In this document: positions 1 to 8,461 of the stretch, in pieces
Position numbering within the stretch: position 1 is the first letter of the stretch
How the letters are laid out: each line of letters starts with the position of its first letter
Assembly: GCA_041662665.1 (NCBI GenBank)
Contig: JBAZSC010000001.1
Coordinates: 257,511-321,510 of the forward strand
Origin: Patescibacteria group bacterium
GTDB taxonomy: Bacteria; Patescibacteriota; JABMPQ01; JAQVVF01
Direction of reading: 5' to 3'
DNA length: 64,000 nucleotides
The notes under the pieces: model-generated
Databases searched by the model: none
What the model was told of the DNA's origin: nothing
What the model saw: the letters and a program-made list of their open reading frames with translations, nothing else
Translations under genes and position numbers: made by a program

Positions 1-852
1 AATGTTAATTGCATTTTTGCTCTTCCGGAATCAAAATTGATTTTAACTCATATTAGAATACCAAAAAGTACAGACCCTAAAAATTTTTCGAAAACAATTT
101 TAGAAAAAGTTCAAGAAACAATTCCTTTTCAAGCAAAAGATCTTTATTTTGATTATAAAATTGTCCTAACTTATAAAGATTATTATGAAATTCTATTTAC
201 TGGTGTTCAGAAAGGAATTCTTGATGAATTTATAACATCTTTGCAGCAAGCTGGACTAAAAGTTTCAATCGTTGATTTTGAATCAGCCTGCCTTATTAGA
301 TCATTAATTGCAAATTGCAACATGAATGATGCGTATGCTATAATTGATATAGGTGGCAGAACAACAATTGCCACTATTTATGATTTTTGCAATATTAGAT
401 TTTCCGATAATATGCCAATTGCTGGCAATGAATTTACTCAAGCCATAATTTCTAAATGGAATTTATCATTTCAAGAAGCAGAAGAATTCAAAAAAACTTA
501 TGGATTAGATCCCATGGTCGAAGAAGGCAAAGTCATGCTTGTTTTGCAAGAACCAATGCAAGAATTAATTAATTCGATTAAAAAGGATATTAATTTTTAT
601 CAAGGAAAAACTGGCCGAAAAATATCTAAAATCATTCTTTGCGGTGGATCTTCTGACATGCCAAAAATTGTTGATTATTTCTATAAAAATTTAAATATTA
701 AAACAGAATTAGGAAATCCATTTTTAAAAATAAAAACGAATGAACAAATTAGTAGCAAAATAGATTACACAACAGTTGCTGGTTTAGCTTTACGAGGCTT
801 AGAAAAAAAGCCAATTGAATCAGGCATTAATTTATTAAAAAATATAAAATAA
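1..852 (+). CDS. pilM: Type IV pilus assembly protein PilM-like (actin-like ATPase fold); 5' end truncated by window edge
   Basis: Reading frame is open from position 1. Motifs IDIGGRTTIATIY and ILCGGSSDMPKIVDYF resemble the PilM/FtsA phosphate-binding loops. A pilin gene follows immediately. Confidence 0.55.
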   Translation, partial: NVNCIFALPESKLILTHIRIPKSTDPKNFSKTILEKVQETIPFQAKDLYFDYKIVLTYKDYYEILFTGVQKGILDEFITSLQQAGLKVSIVDFESACLIRSLIANCNMNDAYAIIDIGGRTTIATIYDFCNIRFSDNMPIAGNEFTQAIISKWNLSFQEAEEFKKTYGLDPMVEEGKVMLVLQEPMQELINSIKKDINFYQGKTGRKISKIILCGGSSDMPKIVDYFYKNLNIKTELGNPFLKIKTNEQISSKIDYTTVAGLALRGLEKKPIESGINLLKNIK

Positions 853-856
853 AAAA

Positions 857-1354
857 ATGAAAAAACCAACACAAAAAAGCCGTGTCCATCGGCAAGCAGG
901 ATTCACTCTTATCGAGTTAATCTTGGTAATTGCAATCATCATTATTATTGCAGCTGCAATTTTTGTTGCTCTTAATCCAGCAAAAAGATTAGGCGATGCT
1001 AATGATTCAAGAAGATGGAGTGATGTTAATCAAACTTTAAGCGCTGTACATCAATACGTTGTTGACAATAAAGGCGCATTTCCAAATTCAGGAACATGGA
1101 CATCAGGTGTGAATTTTGTATTAGGAACAGCTGGTTCAGGTTGCAATACAACTTGCACTGCTGTTGCAACTCAGGCAGCTTGTTTGAATCTTTCTGATCT
1201 AGTCACAAATAATTATATCGGTGCTATTCCAGCTGATCCAGTTACTGGCACAGCTGCAAATACGGATTATTATGTTTCTAGAAATCCTGGAGGAATTGTT
1301 ACGATTGGCGCTTGTGACCCATATAGCGCTTCTCCAATTAAGGTAATGAGATAA
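857..1354 (+). CDS. Type IV pilin / pseudopilin-like protein with prepilin N-terminal cleavage-methylation motif
   Basis: N-terminus KSRVHRQAGFTLIELILVIAIIIIIAAAIF is a class III signal (G|FTLIE followed by a hydrophobic helix). The C-terminal region has paired Cys (GSGCNTTCTAV...AACLN, GACDPYS). Confidence 0.7.
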   Translation: MKKPTQKSRVHRQAGFTLIELILVIAIIIIIAAAIFVALNPAKRLGDANDSRRWSDVNQTLSAVHQYVVDNKGAFPNSGTWTSGVNFVLGTAGSGCNTTCTAVATQAACLNLSDLVTNNYIGAIPADPVTGTAANTDYYVSRNPGGIVTIGACDPYSASPIKVMR

Positions 1355-1373
1355 TTATTTAATTTTAAAAAAA

Positions 1374-1835
1374 ATGGACAAAATATCAAAAAAAGAAAAA
1401 TTTCCGTTTAGCAAAATAATTATTGTTGCTTTTGTATTTGCAATTCTTGGACAAATTATTCACACAATTGGTGCAATAATTACAATGCCATATTATATTG
1501 ATCCTAAATACTTCAAAATTTGGTCAATCTTAATGATGCCTCATGAAGGACCGCCACCAATCAGTTTTACGATCATCTCTTTGGCATTTGGCCTTATAAA
1601 TGGATTAATTTTTGCTTCAATCTATTCCATTTTGAAAAAATGTCTACCAGGTAGTACCTTGGCAAAGAAAGGAATGTTTTTTGGACTATTAGTTTTTCTT
1701 TTGGCAGGAATTAGCATGTTTTTTACTTTAGCATTATTAATAAATTTGCCATTCGCGCTTTTAATCTATTGGGTCTTTGAATCTTTAATTTTCTACTTGG
1801 TCCTAGGATTAATAACAGCAAATATAATTAAATAG
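1374..1835 (+). CDS. hypothetical multi-pass membrane protein
   Basis: 153-aa ORF with about four hydrophobic helices, sitting tightly downstream of the pilin gene. No recognisable motif. Confidence 0.4.
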   Translation: MDKISKKEKFPFSKIIIVAFVFAILGQIIHTIGAIITMPYYIDPKYFKIWSILMMPHEGPPPISFTIISLAFGLINGLIFASIYSILKKCLPGSTLAKKGMFFGLLVFLLAGISMFFTLALLINLPFALLIYWVFESLIFYLVLGLITANIIK

Positions 1836-1948
1836 TCTTTAAGAAGTTTCAAATATAAGCTATACTTAAGTTGAAAATAAATTTATTAATAATTAAAAAT
1901 CAAGTCTGTTATAAATAATTTATTTTAACAGACGAGAGGAGGTGTACT

Positions 1949-2278
1949 ATGGAAGAAAACAAATCAAATGCTCCTATGGGAGATAGCAAAGACATTGAAG
2001 AAAACAAAATATTCGCTGTCTTGTCTTATTTAGGAGTTTTAGTAATCGTGCCATTATTGGCAAAAAAAGAAAGCAAATTTGCGATGTTTCATGCAAAGCA
2101 AGGTTTAATTTTGTTGATCGGTTGGGTAATCTCATGGCTTTTATCATTCGTTTTTATCGGTTTCATTCTCGATGTCATAATGATTGTCTTCAGTATTTGG
2201 GGAATCGTAAATGCTGCAACTGGAAAATATGCAAAATTGCCAGTGATTGGTGATTTGGCTGAAAAATTCAAATTCTAA
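1949..2278 (+). CDS. small membrane protein, DUF4870-like
   Basis: GAGGAGG lies 7 nt upstream of the ATG. Motif FAVLSYLGVLVIVPLL...FHAKQGLIL is typical of the DUF4870 family. Confidence 0.5.
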   Translation: MEENKSNAPMGDSKDIEENKIFAVLSYLGVLVIVPLLAKKESKFAMFHAKQGLILLIGWVISWLLSFVFIGFILDVIMIVFSIWGIVNAATGKYAKLPVIGDLAEKFKF

Positions 2279-2337
2279 CCGTACTCGAATACTTTTTCGA
2301 ATAACATCGAATTATTTTTCGAATTACATTTAAATCT

Positions 2338-2367
2338 GGGCGAGGTGCTAAAGCCTCGCCCTATTTA
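2338..2367 (+). terminator. rho-independent terminator-like hairpin (GGGCGAGG-tgctaaag-CCTCGCCC followed by a T-rich tract)
   Basis: Perfect 8-bp GC stem followed by tattt, located 60 nt after the stop of the 1949-2278 ORF. Confidence 0.55.
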
Positions 2368-2394
2368 AAATCAAACAAAACTAGTTTAAATAAC

Positions 2395-2433
2395 TTCTGC
2401 GTTTTCTGCGTTCGATTCTGCGTTATTTTGCGA
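2395..2433. repeat. CTGCGTT-unit repeat (family A), half-element with three direct CTGCGTT units
   Basis: cttCTGCGTTttCTGCGTTcgattCTGCGTTattttgcg. The same units recur at 22068, 32553, 34712 and 60618. Confidence 0.7.
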
Positions 2434-2486
2434 AATAAACAGAATGGAATGCGCAAAACATATAAAATATACTTAACTATAAATTT

Positions 2487-3905
2487 ATGATAAAACGTAC
2501 TAAAATAGTTTGTACTATTGGTCCAGCAAGCGAGGATCAAAATATATTAGAAAAAATGGTAATTTCAGGTTTGGATGTTGCCAGGCTTAACTTTTCTCAT
2601 GGAACTCATGGAAATCATTTGCAATTAATTAGTAAAATCAGAACTTTATCAAAAAAACATAATAAGCCAATTGCAATTATTCAAGATTTGCAAGGTCCAA
2701 GAGTCCGAATTGGTTTATTGAAAGAAGAAGGCATTAAATTATGTCATAGCAAAGAAATAATTTTATCATGCCAAAAAGATGCGAAATTTGTAGAAGGCGA
2801 GATAAATATAATTCCAGTTACGCATCAAAATTTATGCTCTGATGTTAAAGTTGGTCAAACTATTTTACTTGATGATGGTCAAATAATTTTAAAAGTAAAA
2901 AAAATCGAAAATCAAAATATCCATTGCTTAATTGAAAGTAATGACTGCAAACTTGTTTCGCACAAAGGCATTAATGTGCCGGAAAGCAAGCTTTCTGTGC
3001 CAACTTTGACAGAAAAAGACAAACAAGATTTGCAATTTGGGATAGAAAATAATGTTGATTTTGTTGCCTTATCTTTTGTTAGAGAATCATCTGATGTTTT
3101 AGGAGCCAAAAAAATAATTGGCGATCATAATATCAAAATAATTTCTAAAATAGAAAAAAGAGAAGCTATCAAAAATTTTGACGAGATTTTAGAAGCAAGC
3201 GATGCCATCATGGTTGCCAGAGGCGATTTAGGTATTGAAATGCCAGCTGAAGAAGTTCCAATTTTACAGAAAAAAATAATTGATAAATGTCTAAAAGCAG
3301 CTAAGCCTGTAATTGTCGCAACTCAGATGCTAGATTCAATGATTAGAAATCCAAGACCAACCAGAGCCGAAGTTTCTGATGTTGCTAATGCAGTAATTGA
3401 TCATGCTGATGCAGTTATGCTTTCTGGAGAGTCAGCTTCTGGAAAATATCCTATTCAGGCAGTTGAAACAATGAACAAAATAATTTTGGAAACAGAAAAA
3501 TCACATTATGATGATTTGGTTTTCAAAGATTCAATCAAAAAAATTCCGATAGATTCCGCAATTTCCGAAGTCGCCAATATTCTAGCAAAAAGCGTTGATG
3601 CCAAATTAATTTTAGCTGCGTCATTATCTGGCGATACTGGCAGAATAATTTCTCGCTATCGTCCAGAATTGCCAATTTTTGTTGCAACAGATTCAGAAAA
3701 AGTTCAGCGTCAAGTCAACCTTTCTTGGGGCACTTTTCCATTTATAATTAAGACTTGCAAAACTGTTGAAGAATTAATTGAAGTTTCAATTAATCATATC
3801 AAAGAAAATAAGATTGTCATTGTAAAAGACAAAATAATAATCATCGCTGGCGAGCCTGTTGGCAAGTCAGGCGTGAACTTAGTTGAGATTAAAGAGATTG
3901 AATAA
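2487..3905 (+). CDS. pyk: pyruvate kinase
   Basis: 472 aa. N-terminus MIKRTKIVCTIGPAS...LNFSHG and the downstream MVARGDLGIEMP motif are canonical pyruvate kinase signatures. Confidence 0.9.
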   Translation: MIKRTKIVCTIGPASEDQNILEKMVISGLDVARLNFSHGTHGNHLQLISKIRTLSKKHNKPIAIIQDLQGPRVRIGLLKEEGIKLCHSKEIILSCQKDAKFVEGEINIIPVTHQNLCSDVKVGQTILLDDGQIILKVKKIENQNIHCLIESNDCKLVSHKGINVPESKLSVPTLTEKDKQDLQFGIENNVDFVALSFVRESSDVLGAKKIIGDHNIKIISKIEKREAIKNFDEILEASDAIMVARGDLGIEMPAEEVPILQKKIIDKCLKAAKPVIVATQMLDSMIRNPRPTRAEVSDVANAVIDHADAVMLSGESASGKYPIQAVETMNKIILETEKSHYDDLVFKDSIKKIPIDSAISEVANILAKSVDAKLILAASLSGDTGRIISRYRPELPIFVATDSEKVQRQVNLSWGTFPFIIKTCKTVEELIEVSINHIKENKIVIVKDKIIIIAGEPVGKSGVNLVEIKEIE

Positions 3906-3973
3906 GTCTAAAGTCTAAAATCTTAAATTAAAAATAAAGTCAAAAATTAGAAATAAAATCTAAAATAAAAAAT

Positions 3974-4349
3974 ATGACCGAAGAAAATAAATCTTTTGGC
4001 GAGAAAATGAAAGTAAGGATTTATAATCTTATTCTAAAAATTATTAAATTTACGGAATCTTTGCCCAAAAATGATGAAGTCTGTAGAGTAGCAATAAATC
4101 AATTGATCAGAAGTGGGACAAGCATTTGCGCTAATTATGTAGAAGCTACAGCCGGAACAAGTAAAAAAGATTTTTCCAATTTTTAAAGCTATTCATTAAA
4201 ATCAGCAAATGAATCAAATTTTGGCTAGCTTTATTAAGAGATACGAAAAAAGGAAACAAAAAAACAATTGAAGAATTACTAAAAGAATTAATTGAAATTT
4301 CTAATATCTTAGGAGCGAGTATTGGCACAATGAAAATGAAAAAGAAATA
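3974..4349 (+). pseudogene. four-helix-bundle protein gene (TIGR02436-like, 23S-IVS-type) interrupted by an in-frame TAA
   Basis: Frame 3974 reads ...ICANYVEATAGTSKKDFSNF then TAA at 4184-4186. The same frame continues as SYSLKSANESNFWLALLRDTKK...ILGASIGTMKMKKK. Family members have Leu at the stop position, so a TTA to TAA change is likely. Confidence 0.5.
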
Positions 4350-4422
4350 ATTATTTTTAACTTTTAACTTTACTTTTAATTTTTAATTCTATTTTAGACT
4401 TTAGACTTTAGACTAAAAACTT

Positions 4423-6783
4423 ATGCAACATATTCTTTGGTTCAACGAAATTAATATCAAAAATGTCAACGAGGTTGGCGGTAAAAACGCATCATTGGGC
4501 GAAATGTACCAAAATTTAACTAAGCAAGGAGTCAGAATTCCAAATGGCTTTGCAATCACAGCTGATGCTTATTGGTATTTTTTAGAGTCTGCCAAAATCA
4601 AAGACAAAATTAAAGAAATATTAAAAAATTTTTCCAAAAAAGATTTAGTTGCAAAAGGCACTTTAATTCGAGGCACGATTTTGAATGCTGATTTTCCAAA
4701 AGATTTAAAACAAGAAATAATTTCTGCTTACAAAAAATTAAGTTCCGAATCAAAAAAAGAAAATGTTGATGTTGCAGTTAGATCAAGCGCAACTGCTGAA
4801 GACGCGCCAGATGCTTCTTTTGCTGGACAGCAAGAATCATATCTCAATATTAAAGGTGAAAAAGAATTATTATTAGCCTGCAAAAGATGTATTTCATCTT
4901 TATTTACCGACCGCTCAATTTCATATCGCTTAGATAAAAAAATCAGTTTATTTAATGTTGCCTTGTCAGTTGGCGTTCAAAAAATGGTTCGTTCTGACAA
5001 AGCAAGTGCTGGCGTTATGTTTACTTTAGATCCAGAATCAGGTTTTAAAAATGTTATTGTAATAAATGGAGCTTTTGGATTAGGTGAAAACGTAGTTAAA
5101 GGCCGAGTCATTCCAGATGAATTTTGCGTCCACAAAGAATTATTGAAAAAAGGTTTCAAGCCAATCGTTGGAAAAACTTTAGGCAAAAAAGAAAAAACTT
5201 TAATTTATACCGACAATCCAAATTCACCAACAATAAACATTAAACTTAGCGATGAAAAAAGAAACATTTTTGTTTTAAATGACAAAGAAATTTTGGAATT
5301 AGCAAAATTCGGTTTGGCAATTGATGAGCATTACAAAAGACCAATGGATATCGAATGGGCAAAAGATGGCAATAATAATAAATTATATATCGTTCAAGCT
5401 CGTCCAGAAACAATTCACAAAAAAGAAAATGAAAAAGTTTTTAACGAATATTATTTAGCTAAAAAAGGCAAAGTCTTATTAGAAGGCGCTGCCATTGGTT
5501 CAAAGATAGGTCAAGGAAAAGTCCAATTAATTTTAGATGTCAAAAATATTGAAGAATTTAAAGAGGGCGAAATTTTAGTTACAACAAGCACTGATCCTGA
5601 TTGGGAGCCAGTAATGCGCAAAGCCAAAGCAATTATTACAGATACTGGTGGCAGGACATGTCATGCAGCAATCGTTTCACGCGAATTAGGAATTCCATGT
5701 ATTGTTGGTACTAACAAAGCCACAGAAATCTTGAAAGATAATCAAGAAATCACAGTCAGTTGTGCTGAAGGGGAGATTGGAAAGATTTATCAAGGATTAT
5801 TAGAAATAAAAACTCGTAAAATAGATTTAACAAATTTAAAAAAACCAAAGACAAAAATAATGATGAATGTCGGCGTGCCATTAGAGGCATTTGCGCTAAC
5901 TTCAATTCCAAATGATGGCATTGGTTTGGCTCGAGAAGAATTTATAATCGCTAATTCTATAAAAATTCATCCTAAAGCATTATTAAATTTTTCAACTTTG
6001 AAAGATAAAGATGCGAAAGAAAAAATAGCCGAAATTACAAAAAATTATAAAAATAAGTCAAAATTTTTTATTGATCATTTAGCTTGGGATATGGGCAGAA
6101 TTGCTGCAGCATTTTATCCAAATGATGTTATTGTTCGAACTTCAGATTTTAAGACTAATGAATACGCACAACTTTTAGGCGGAAAAGAATTTGAACCAAA
6201 AGAATCAAATCCAATGATTGGCTGGCGTGGAGCATCTCGCTATTATGATGAAAAATATAAAGATGCATTTGTTATGGAATGCGAGGCTTTAAAAAAATTG
6301 CGTGAAGAAATGGGATTTAGTAATGTAAAAATAATGATTCCTTTTTGCCGGACAGTAGATGAAGGCAAAAAAGTTTTAGCAATAATGAAAGAACATGGAC
6401 TAGAACGAGGTAAAAATAAATTAGAAGTTTACGTTATGGTTGAGATTCCATCTAACGTAATTCTAGCAGATCAATTTGCCAAAATTTTTGATGGTTTTTC
6501 AATTGGCACCAATGATTTAACTCAATTAACTTTAGGAGTTGATCGCGATTCTTCACTAGTTGCCCATGTTTATGACGAAAGAAATGAGGCTGTCAAAACT
6601 TTAGTTAAACAAGTGATCAAAGTTGCTCATGAAAATAAAATAAAAATTGGCATCTGTGGTGATGCGCCATCTACATTTCCAGATTTTGCTCAATTTTTAA
6701 TTGATAATAAAATTGATTCAATATCATTGTCGCCAGATGCAGTTTTTAAAACTACTTTAGAAATCCAGAAAAAAGAAAAATAA
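4423..6783 (+). CDS. ppsA: phosphoenolpyruvate synthase (pyruvate, water dikinase)
   Basis: 786 aa. N-terminus WFNEINIKNVNEVGGKNASLGEM is the PpsA ATP-grasp start. The phosphohistidine region GGRTCHAAIVSRELGIPCIVG and the C-terminal PEP-utilising domain are present. Confidence 0.9.
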   Translation: MQHILWFNEINIKNVNEVGGKNASLGEMYQNLTKQGVRIPNGFAITADAYWYFLESAKIKDKIKEILKNFSKKDLVAKGTLIRGTILNADFPKDLKQEIISAYKKLSSESKKENVDVAVRSSATAEDAPDASFAGQQESYLNIKGEKELLLACKRCISSLFTDRSISYRLDKKISLFNVALSVGVQKMVRSDKASAGVMFTLDPESGFKNVIVINGAFGLGENVVKGRVIPDEFCVHKELLKKGFKPIVGKTLGKKEKTLIYTDNPNSPTINIKLSDEKRNIFVLNDKEILELAKFGLAIDEHYKRPMDIEWAKDGNNNKLYIVQARPETIHKKENEKVFNEYYLAKKGKVLLEGAAIGSKIGQGKVQLILDVKNIEEFKEGEILVTTSTDPDWEPVMRKAKAIITDTGGRTCHAAIVSRELGIPCIVGTNKATEILKDNQEITVSCAEGEIGKIYQGLLEIKTRKIDLTNLKKPKTKIMMNVGVPLEAFALTSIPNDGIGLAREEFIIANSIKIHPKALLNFSTLKDKDAKEKIAEITKNYKNKSKFFIDHLAWDMGRIAAAFYPNDVIVRTSDFKTNEYAQLLGGKEFEPKESNPMIGWRGASRYYDEKYKDAFVMECEALKKLREEMGFSNVKIMIPFCRTVDEGKKVLAIMKEHGLERGKNKLEVYVMVEIPSNVILADQFAKIFDGFSIGTNDLTQLTLGVDRDSSLVAHVYDERNEAVKTLVKQVIKVAHENKIKIGICGDAPSTFPDFAQFLIDNKIDSISLSPDAVFKTTLEIQKKEK

Positions 6784-6868
6784 TATAAATATAATATATT
6801 GTTTTGATTAAGTCAGGTTTAATACTTGACTTAATTTAATTAATATATTAATATATTTTTATTGGTTT

Positions 6869-7125
6869 GCACCTTTCCCGGAGCCAGCAAGAGGCTCCAT
6901 CACCAGGAGGAAAAGCAGAATGGCAGCTGAGACCAAGACCCCGTCCTACGACTTCGTTCCCGCAACCTCCGCCAACGGTGGTCGGATCTTCGCAGTGGTC
7001 GAGACCACCAAGATCGCTACCCCCCATGAAGGAGGTTCGGACAAGCCGGAGAACGTGAGGCCCTGCAAGAGCAGGACGATTCACGGGCGGGGCAAGAAGC
7101 AGTAAGCTTCAGCTCTAGATTAATT
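6869..7125. other. GC-anomalous island (about 60% GC in a 30% GC context); candidate structured RNA or acquired micro-gene
   Basis: Every frame on both strands is open (ORFs 6848-7084, 6867-7058, 6920-7105, 7017-7253). AGGAGG at 6905-6910 sits 9 nt before the ATG at 6920 of a 61-codon ORF with GC-rich third positions. Local hairpins include GGAGCC/GGCTCC and GGTGGTC/GACCACC. Confidence 0.4.
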
Positions 7126-7245
7126 GTTTTTTGTAAAATACACGTTCTTTTTTTAACCATATAGTCCGATTCGTCGGGCTCTTTTTTTGGCCTCACTCGA
7201 ATGCTTTTTCGAATATTTCGAATGCCATAGTATTGTAATTTATCA

Positions 7246-7270
7246 TTTTTCATTTATAATTTAGTTATTC
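7246..7270 (+). promoter_or_regulatory. conserved 24-nt tRNA-associated motif ATTTTTCATTTATAATTTAGTTATT (contains a perfect TATAAT); copy 1
   Basis: Sits 6 nt upstream of tRNA-Ser(GGA). An identical 24-mer is at 12185-12211 and a close variant at 8215-8243. Confidence 0.5.
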
Positions 7271-7275
7271 GCAAT

Positions 7276-7360
7276 GGAGAGGTCGCATAGTGGCCTAGTG
7301 CGCAGGCTTGGAAAGCTTGTATATCGAAAGATATCGAGGGTTCGACTCCCTCCCTCTCCG
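7276..7360 (+). tRNA. tRNA-Ser (anticodon GGA)
   Basis: Manual fold: acceptor GGAGAGG/CCTCTCC, anticodon stem CAGGC/GCTTG with loop TTGGAAA, long variable arm, T-arm GAGGG-TTCGACT-CCCTC, discriminator G. CCA is not encoded. Confidence 0.85.
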
Positions 7361-7495
7361 TCTTCGCCCGCCGAAGCTTTAGCAAAAGCGAAGGCGGGAA
7401 AGATGAGTATTTAAATTAATATCTGTTTTTTTATAATTCTTGGGCGGGCTTCGACGGACAAAGTCCGCTTCTACTGATGCTTTAGCGAAGGTGGA
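7361..7495 (+). repeat. tRNA-Ser 3'-flank unit with GCTTTAGC-type hairpins (family B); copy 1
   Basis: The flank contains CCCGCCgaaGCTTTagcAAAGCgaaGGCGGG, then atatctgttttttt, then GGCGGGCTTCGACGGACAAAGTCCG. A near-identical block follows the second tRNA-Ser at 8336-8450. Confidence 0.7.
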
Positions 7496-7528
7496 TTCAA
7501 TAATAAAAATTATAGAATTTTAAAAGTT

Positions 7529-8158
7529 ATGTTTAGCAATACAAAAACAAAGATTAAAGAATTATCGTCTTATAATTTTTTTGCTACATTAATTGTTGTT
7601 AATGTAGTTTTTATTTTTCTTGGACTAATTTTTTATAATGGCAATTTTAATTTTTGGTCATATCCGTTTAGTTATCTCAGCGATGTCAAAACAGTTGACG
7701 GAATACAAAATAATATATCATCAATTATTTACAGTTTTGAGATGTTTACTAGTGGAATGATAATGATCAGCTTATTTTACAAATTCTACAAAAATAATTA
7801 TAGAAAAAAAGATCTTTTTATTCTAATATTTACATTTCTATGTTCTTCAGGTTTTTTGATTGCATGTTTTAGTCCAGATGATTCTCGGCAATATCTTCAT
7901 ATCTTTGGTTCAGCTCTAGTTGTAGCTTCACTTTGGCTAATTGCTACAAAATATTTATTTAATTTAAAAAAAGATTTAAAACAATTCAAGTATTATTTTT
8001 GGCAGACAATTTTGCAATTTTCCGTTTTTTCTTATGGTCTGACATATTTATTCAGAATCGAACCTCTTGCAACAATCTTGCAAAAATTTGCCTTTCTTGG
8101 GCTTGGCCTAGCTTTACTTTATGCTACTTATTTTGAAAAAAAGTTAAAAAATAAATAA
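7529..8158 (+). CDS. hypothetical membrane protein (about 6 TM helices)
   Basis: 209-aa ORF lying between the two tRNA-Ser units. Hydrophobic segments throughout and no motif recognised. Confidence 0.4.
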   Translation: MFSNTKTKIKELSSYNFFATLIVVNVVFIFLGLIFYNGNFNFWSYPFSYLSDVKTVDGIQNNISSIIYSFEMFTSGMIMISLFYKFYKNNYRKKDLFILIFTFLCSSGFLIACFSPDDSRQYLHIFGSALVVASLWLIATKYLFNLKKDLKQFKYYFWQTILQFSVFSYGLTYLFRIEPLATILQKFAFLGLGLALLYATYFEKKLKNK

Positions 8159-8214
8159 ACTCTTGAAAAATCGATTATACTAAGGTACCATTGACTTAGT
8201 CGAGAAGTTAATTT

Positions 8215-8243
8215 TGTTATTTTTCATTTAGTTATTTAAAATT
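8215..8243 (+). promoter_or_regulatory. tRNA-associated motif, variant copy (tgttaTTTTTCATTTAGTTATTtaaaatt)
   Basis: Sits 6 nt upstream of tRNA-Ser(TGA) and shares TTTTTCATTTA..TTAGTTATT with copies 1 and 3. Confidence 0.45.
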
Positions 8244-8248
8244 ATTCT

Positions 8249-8335
8249 GGAGAGGTGCCTGAGCGGCCGAAAGGACTAGTCTTGAAAACTAGCGCAGCCT
8301 CACGGTTGCCGTGGGTTCGAATCCCACCCTCTCCG
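8249..8335 (+). tRNA. tRNA-Ser (anticodon TGA)
   Basis: Acceptor GGAGAGG/CCTCTCC, anticodon stem CTAGT/ACTAG with loop CTTGAAA, long variable arm, T-arm GTGGG-TTCGAAT-CCCAC. It is a paralog of the tRNA at 7276. Confidence 0.85.
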
Positions 8336-8450
8336 TCTTCGCCCGCCGTAGCTTTAGCAAAAGCGAAGGCGGGATAGCTAAGTAAAAAAGTCAATATCTG
8401 TTTTTTTGTATTTCACAGGCGGGCTTCGACGGACAAAGTCCGTTTTTTGG
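8336..8450 (+). repeat. tRNA-Ser 3'-flank unit (family B); copy 2
   Basis: tcttcGCCCGCCgtaGCTTTAGCaaaagcgaaGGCGGG ... GGCGGGCTTCGACGGACAAAGTCCG. It is collinear with 7361-7495. Confidence 0.7.
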
Positions 8451-8461
8451 AGGGTGAAATA

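Noticed and set aside
2089-2271. 60-aa minus-strand ORF overlapping the DUF4870-like gene
   Set aside because: Fully embedded antisense in a better-supported SD-driven gene. No features.
6869-7125. Assignment of the GC island as RNase P RNA, tmRNA or SRP RNA
   Set aside because: By eye I could not find the GGAAAGUCCGG or ACAGAACCCGGCUUA blocks of RNase P. I could not find the GGAUUCGAC 5' block, the GGUUCGAAUCC T-arm or an ...ALAA-encoding tag frame of tmRNA. The only SRP-like feature is a weak CCAGG..GGAA..AGCAG resemblance. It is left unassigned pending a covariance-model search.
6848-7253. Four overlapping ORFs (6848-7084 -, 6867-7058 +, 6920-7105 +, 7017-7253 -) in the GC-rich island
   Set aside because: Open frames on all strands are the expected artefact of a 60% GC segment in a stop-codon-poor context. 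Only the SD-preceded 6920-7105 ORF is kept as a possibility, inside a finding rather than as a CDS call.
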